Shown: in pieces, positions 58,164 through 64,000 of the stretch
Numbering within the stretch: position 1 is the stretch's first letter
Layout: each line of letters opens with the position of its first letter
Source: an uncultured Armatimonadetes bacterium
GTDB taxonomy: Bacteria; Armatimonadota; UBA5829; DTJY01
Length of the DNA: 64,000 nucleotides
NCBI GenBank assembly: GCA_963717145.1
Contig: OY970325.1
Span: 4,352,001 to 4,416,000, forward strand
Reading direction: 5' to 3'
The notes under the pieces: model-generated
Seen by the model: the letters and a program-made list of their open reading frames with translations, nothing else
Database searches by the model: none
Told to the model about the DNA's origin: nothing
Position numbers and translations under genes: made by a program

Positions 58164-58647
58164 ATGGACCAGCCGTGTGTTCTGGACGCGTGCGTCCTCA
58201 TCGACTTCTGCCAGGAGGATAGCACTCTACTCATGCTGGCGGGCCGATGCCTCGGGCCCATTGTCGTGCTCTCGCCGATACTGGAGGAAGTGCATGAACT
58301 CGACGCTTCGGAGTGTGCCCGCCTCAACCTGGAGGTGGTCGAGCCAGAAGTCGAGTTGCTCCTCGAGGCCATCATACCGAGAGGCGGGCTTTCCTTGCGT
58401 GACAGGCTGTGTCTCGGCTTTGCGAGAAGGCACTCCTGCCGACTCTACACAAACGACAAGCCGCTACTGAATGCCGCGCTGGCCGATGGGATCGATGCGC
58501 GATGGGGATTGGAGATACTTGTCGAACTGGTCGCGCTTGGCGAATTGAGTTCGAGCTGACGCGATAGACACCGCTCAGGGGATTTGCGGGAGATCCAGGT
58601 TCCCGTCAGACCAACTAGTTGCGGAGTTCAGGCGCAGGCTCAAGTGA
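58164..58647 (+). CDS. PIN-like domain protein, probably frameshifted near 58550
   Basis: VLDACVLIDF, LS.RD..CL, LYTNDK.L; +1 frame continues RADAIDTAQ..AEFRRRLK to the stop at 58647. Confidence 0.75.
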
Positions 58648-58650
58648 CAG

Positions 58651-58680
58651 AAGGGGCAGCCGGATAGCCGACTGCCCCTT
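58651..58680. terminator. Hairpin between the convergent PIN and groEL genes
   Basis: aaggggcagccgg / ccgactgcccctt. Confidence 0.65.
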
Positions 58681-58704
58681 GACGATGTACCGATTCTCGA
58701 ATGC

Positions 58705-60401
<1,697 letters not shown>

Positions 60402-60686
60402 TTAGCTGCGGATAGCGTAGATGGAGTCTTCGTCGAGGATGATGTACTCCTCGCCCTCCACAGTGACTTCCGTGCCACCGTACTTCGAGTAGACGACGGT
60501 GTCGCCTTCCTTGACGGTCATCGGCTTGCGCTCGCCGTTCTCGAGTACCTTGCCGGGACCTACCGCGATGACGGTGCCTTCCTGAGGCTTCTCCTTCGCG
60601 GTATCGGGAAGAATGATGCCACCTGAGGTCTTCTCCTCCTCAGCCTTTGCCTTGACGATGACCTTATCACCGATCGGTTTCAGCAT
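60402..60686 (-). CDS. groS: Co-chaperonin GroES
   Basis: [32 protein letters not shown]. Confidence 0.97.
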   Translation of the reverse strand: MLKPIGDKVIVKAKAEEEKTSGGIILPDTAKEKPQEGTVIAVGPGKVLENGERKPMTVKEGDTVVYSKYGGTEVTVEGEEYIILDEDSIYAIRS

Positions 60687-60730
60687 TGAACGTATCACCT
60701 CCTTGATCTATCGGATTGAAGTTACGAGTG

Positions 60731-60757
60731 CTGGCACTCACACCCGGAGAGTGCTAA
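60731..60757 (-). promoter_or_regulatory. CIRCE element (HrcA operator)
   Basis: Minus strand TTAGCACTC-N9-GAGTGCCAG; promoter TTGACA-17-TATAGT at 60770-60798. Confidence 0.92.
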
Positions 60758-60980
60758 TGCCAAAGACATACTATACGCACGTTTGGTCGCCGTGTCAATG
60801 GGTCTGCTGAGGAATTTGCGCAGAAGGTTGGCAGCGCTGCAGCGGTTCATGCCCCGGCAGTCATTGCTGTGTCGGATTCTCCTTGTGCGCCAGAGAGTGT
60901 TCTTCCCAGAAAAAGCTCAGAAAACCAAGCAAGTCCAGAAAAAGCTATGAAAACTCACAGGAATGCGGTATAATCATTCT

Positions 60981-61074
60981 GCTAGGGACAAAAATCGGCT
61001 CCATGCCGTGTGGTCCTGACTAGCTCAGGAGACCCTATATCCCTAGCACTGCCGCGCTAAGCGGCTTTTCTTTT
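60981..61074 (+). ncRNA. Candidate small structured RNA
   Basis: TATAAT 60969-60974; GCTAGGGA/TCCCTAGC closing stem with two internal hairpins; GCCGC-GCGGC-TTTT terminator. Confidence 0.45.
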
Positions 61075-61326
61075 GTGTAATACACTCCTTCTTTGTCACC
61101 ACTGCTATCACAGTCCCACACGTTCTCGCGTATTGGCCGGATCAGCTCGATGAATCTGTCTTCGCGCTTTTCGTAGCAGCGCTGCATACCACATAGTTTC
61201 GAGACCGCATATCAGTCCCTGCTGAGGGGGTCGACGTAGCTCCCGATTTTGCTGGATGGAACCTCCTGCATCTGCTATAATGTACCTGGCTGTGACTGCC
61301 TCAAATCCACACAGCAGGGAACGACA

Positions 61327-63249
61327 ATGAACAACCGACTCCGATTTCTGACCGCGGCGCTCATCTGCACCGCGTACATATCCGGCGCCGCTTTCGCGGC
61401 CCAGGATGCCGACGTGAAAGCGCTACTGCAGAGCGCCCCATCCTCCTCTGACTACCCGAATGCCGGCTATATCAACCTCATTGACGAGGCCTGGTACACG
61501 ATTCGTGACGACGGAAGCTGGACCTCGAGGACGAGGACCACTCAGAAGATACTCAACGATCGAGGACGCTCGGCAGCCGACGTTCAGATCGGCTACAACT
61601 CGGCATTCGAGAAGATCAAGATCCTCCGCGCCAGGACGATCAAGAAGGACGGCACGGTGATCGATATCAAGCCGGCCGATATCCAGGAGGTGACCCCGTA
61701 CTCCGGCTATGCGATGTACTCGTCCGTCAAGGCCAAGGTGCTCATCATGCCGGCGATCGAGGACGACTGCATCATCGACTACGAATGGGAAGTCACCGGC
61801 AAGAAGACCATCATGGCCCCGCACTTCTGGAACGGTTGGTATTACCAGTCGAGCGAGCCGAGCGTTCTCTCCCGGTTCACGCTGCAGACGCCCGCGGACA
61901 AGGGCTTCGGAAGCCAGCCTTACAACACGGAGATCAAGCCGGTCGTGACGACATCGAAGGACGGCAAGACCAAGACCTACGTGTGGGAGGGACGCAACTT
62001 CCCAGAGGTCGAGTACGAGCCGTATATGCCTCCGCGAGGTGAATTCCTGCCGTGGTTCGAGATATCGTCGGTCACGTCATGGGACGATGTCGCCGCCTGG
62101 TACTGGAAGCTCATCGAGCCGCAGATGAAGTCGTCCCCGGAGATCGATCAGCAGGTCGCCGATCTGATCAAGGGCAAGCAGACGGATGAGGAGAGGGCCA
62201 AGGCGATCTACTACTGGGTCGAGGACAACATCCGATATGTCGGCCTCGAGTTCGGCGCATCCGCATATGAGCCGCACAGCGCCAGGGATGTCTTCGCCAA
62301 CAAGTACGGCGACTGTAAGGATCAGGCGAGTCTTCTGGTGACGATGCTGGAGAAGGCGGGCATCAAGGCGTATCCGGTCCTGCTGTCGGTCGGGTATCGG
62401 GGCGATCTGAACCGGCGGCTTCCCTCTCCTGGGCAGTTCGACCATTGTATCGCGCTGGCCGAGATCGGTAGCGCGCAGTACTGGCTCGACTCCACGGCTG
62501 AGGTGTGCAGGTTCGGCGATCTCCCGGAACAGGATCGGGGACGCGATGTCCTGGTCATCAAAGATGGGAAGGGCGAGTTCGTCGCGACAACCGGCTATGA
62601 CGCGAAATCCAACAATGTTGTCCAGACGGTCAAGATCGATCTCGATGCACAGGGCGGGATCTCATCGTCGGTTCAGTGGACTACCATCGGAGGCGCTGAT
62701 CTCTCAACACGGGCGATGTACAAGTACCTGAAGCCGAGCAAGGTCAAGGAGAGCTTCGAGGGGGTCGTGTCGAGCATCGCTCCGGACGCCAAGCTGGGCC
62801 CGTTTTCGGTATCGGATCATTCGGACAGGGAGAAGAACATGACGGTCGCCTATGAGTTCACGGCGGGAAAATGGGCGAACCGCACCGGCAAGTTCCTGAT
62901 GTTCAATCCGCAGCTCAATCAGAACCCCGCCGCCAAGACTCCGTTCTCGAAGTCCGACCGCAAGCTCGACATGTGGTTCTCCGGCGCATCGAGCAACAAC
63001 TCGGAGACGGTCGTGAACCTCCCATACGGCTTCACGGTCGAGGAACTGCCGCCCGATGTGTCGCTCAAATCCGACTTCGCCGTCTACGAGCGGAAGTGCG
63101 CGCTGGACGGTCGCACGCTGAAGATCAATGAGAACGTGATCCGCCAGGATGCCGTTGTGCCGATCAGCCGGTACGCCGAGGTCCGGAAGTTCTTCGAGGA
63201 CATCATTCAGGCTCAGAATCAGCAGGTCATCCTCCGCGCGACCGAGTGA
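61327..63249 (+). CDS. Secreted DUF3857 + transglutaminase-like domain protein
   Basis: Signal peptide; IRYVG.EFG, YGDCKD, FDHCI, WLDST triad motifs. Confidence 0.9.
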   Translation: MNNRLRFLTAALICTAYISGAAFAAQDADVKALLQSAPSSSDYPNAGYINLIDEAWYTIRDDGSWTSRTRTTQKILNDRGRSAADVQIGYNSAFEKIKILRARTIKKDGTVIDIKPADIQEVTPYSGYAMYSSVKAKVLIMPAIEDDCIIDYEWEVTGKKTIMAPHFWNGWYYQSSEPSVLSRFTLQTPADKGFGSQPYNTEIKPVVTTSKDGKTKTYVWEGRNFPEVEYEPYMPPRGEFLPWFEISSVTSWDDVAAWYWKLIEPQMKSSPEIDQQVADLIKGKQTDEERAKAIYYWVEDNIRYVGLEFGASAYEPHSARDVFANKYGDCKDQASLLVTMLEKAGIKAYPVLLSVGYRGDLNRRLPSPGQFDHCIALAEIGSAQYWLDSTAEVCRFGDLPEQDRGRDVLVIKDGKGEFVATTGYDAKSNNVVQTVKIDLDAQGGISSSVQWTTIGGADLSTRAMYKYLKPSKVKESFEGVVSSIAPDAKLGPFSVSDHSDREKNMTVAYEFTAGKWANRTGKFLMFNPQLNQNPAAKTPFSKSDRKLDMWFSGASSNNSETVVNLPYGFTVEELPPDVSLKSDFAVYERKCALDGRTLKINENVIRQDAVVPISRYAEVRKFFEDIIQAQNQQVILRATE

Positions 63250-63261
63250 GTTCACCGGAAC

Positions 63262-63322
63262 CTGGTATTTGTACCGGTCTTTCGCCATAGGGATTGACAA
63301 GAAGTCGAACCGGGTGTAACAT
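63262..63322 (+). promoter_or_regulatory. Box CTGGTATTTGTACCGG -16- TTGACA -17- TAACAT
   Basis: Box 63262-63277, -35 at 63294-63299, -10 at 63317-63322. Confidence 0.75.
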
Positions 63323-63389
63323 CAGAATGTAAGTGATCCATTTGATGCAAGTCTGATTCGATGACTCCAAATGGATGGGGGGTAGGAAG

Positions 63390-64000
63390 ATGAAGCGCCT
63401 GTTGGTTATGGCGGCCGCAGTGGCCTTCGTCGCCGCACTCGCAGTTCCGGCGTGCGCGCAGTTTGACATCAACTCGCACGAGGATTTCAGTTGGGGTGTC
63501 GCTGGCAGCAATGTCGCCGGCAATAGAGGCTGGGTCCAGTGCGGCGGTACTGTTAGCGCCTCGCCAAGAGTCTCCATGGCCCCGACATCGGACGGCACCT
63601 CATGGAGTAAGGCGGCACTGCAGCTAGGCGGCTATCGGTCAGCGATGAAGAGGGATCTCACGCAGTTACCGTGGTTCTCGAACTTGTTTGATTATACGTA
63701 TTACACTGGCATGGTGTCCGCTTGGGTATATGATCCGTATCCTACAGACAGCAACGATGCGGTGCTCGCTAATAGGGTTGATACCCGAGTCGGCATGATC
63801 TCCAACACCGGCACTACCCAAGGTGATTCCGGAGCCATGACCTATGTAATGGCGGCAGGTATCACGGATACGCGTGGCCCGTACTGGACGGCCTACGCCA
63901 GTAGCGGCTCCGTTGTGATGAACGGTTCGGGTGCCGGCGCTGGAATATCCAGCGCTACCGGTTACACGCTGACCACAGCCGGCATGGCCCCCGCTGTTCG
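63390..64000 (+). CDS. Paralog of the 23939-24859 PEP-CTERM protein, truncated by the window end
   Basis: Not in the ORF track; MKRLLVM..AVPACAQ..GWVQ.GGTV..SPR..YYTGMVSAW.YDPYPT..VDTRVG..AAGITDTRG..GYTLTTAG matches that protein; the PEP-CTERM tail itself is not visible. Confidence 0.88.
   Translation, partial: MKRLLVMAAAVAFVAALAVPACAQFDINSHEDFSWGVAGSNVAGNRGWVQCGGTVSASPRVSMAPTSDGTSWSKAALQLGGYRSAMKRDLTQLPWFSNLFDYTYYTGMVSAWVYDPYPTDSNDAVLANRVDTRVGMISNTGTTQGDSGAMTYVMAAGITDTRGPYWTAYASSGSVVMNGSGAGAGISSATGYTLTTAGMAPAV

Noticed and set aside
60804-61227. 9-bp direct repeat CTGCTGAGG as a target-site duplication around the sRNA region
   Set aside because: A 9-mer match within about 400 bp is plausible by chance, and no terminal inverted repeats were seen

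Overview
GC-rich bacterial chromosomal window; the PEP-CTERM surface proteins, SigH, CsaB next to LptC/LptA-like genes and the style of the large secreted protein suggest a diderm Terrabacteria lineage such as Armatimonadota (inference only). Layout: a DNRLRE-type secreted protein and a pit/DUF47 phosphate module; a ~19-kb minus-strand run (aroA-aroC-flavodoxin-PIN TA-paaK-like-ACT-accessory genes-aroB-pknB-rpe-ribDEBAH-htrA); a surface-protein block (two PEP-CTERM genes, two TMTC-like GT-C/TPR genes, a 1407-aa secreted protein); a housekeeping/envelope block (sigH, lepB, dgt, rhomboid, DUF5693-csaB, lptC/A-like, dacB, epimerase, murA); a MerR/GyrI/ABC operon; an XRE-ImmA/PIN pair; groES-groEL with CIRCE; a DUF3857/transglutaminase gene; and the 5' part of a paralog of the first PEP-CTERM gene. 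No rRNA, tRNA, CRISPR array, integrase or transposase was recognised. Main hunt results: (1) a 16-bp palindrome CNGGTA-N4-TACCNG found five times, always at sigma70-type promoters of surface-protein genes, four times exactly 16 bp upstream of TTGACA, which is a candidate undescribed surface-protein regulon; (2) an 8 x 64-bp tandem expansion of a palindromic element; (3) a stacked 'geneX 3' end - cargo gene - ribD 5' end' cassette with a chimeric junction; (4) a 175-bp rod-like hairpin between direct repeats; (5) a candidate stand-alone sRNA; (6) many REP-like repeats, some translated in frame inside genes. Numerous single-base frameshifts, including in groEL and aroC, are most likely sequencing or assembly errors.
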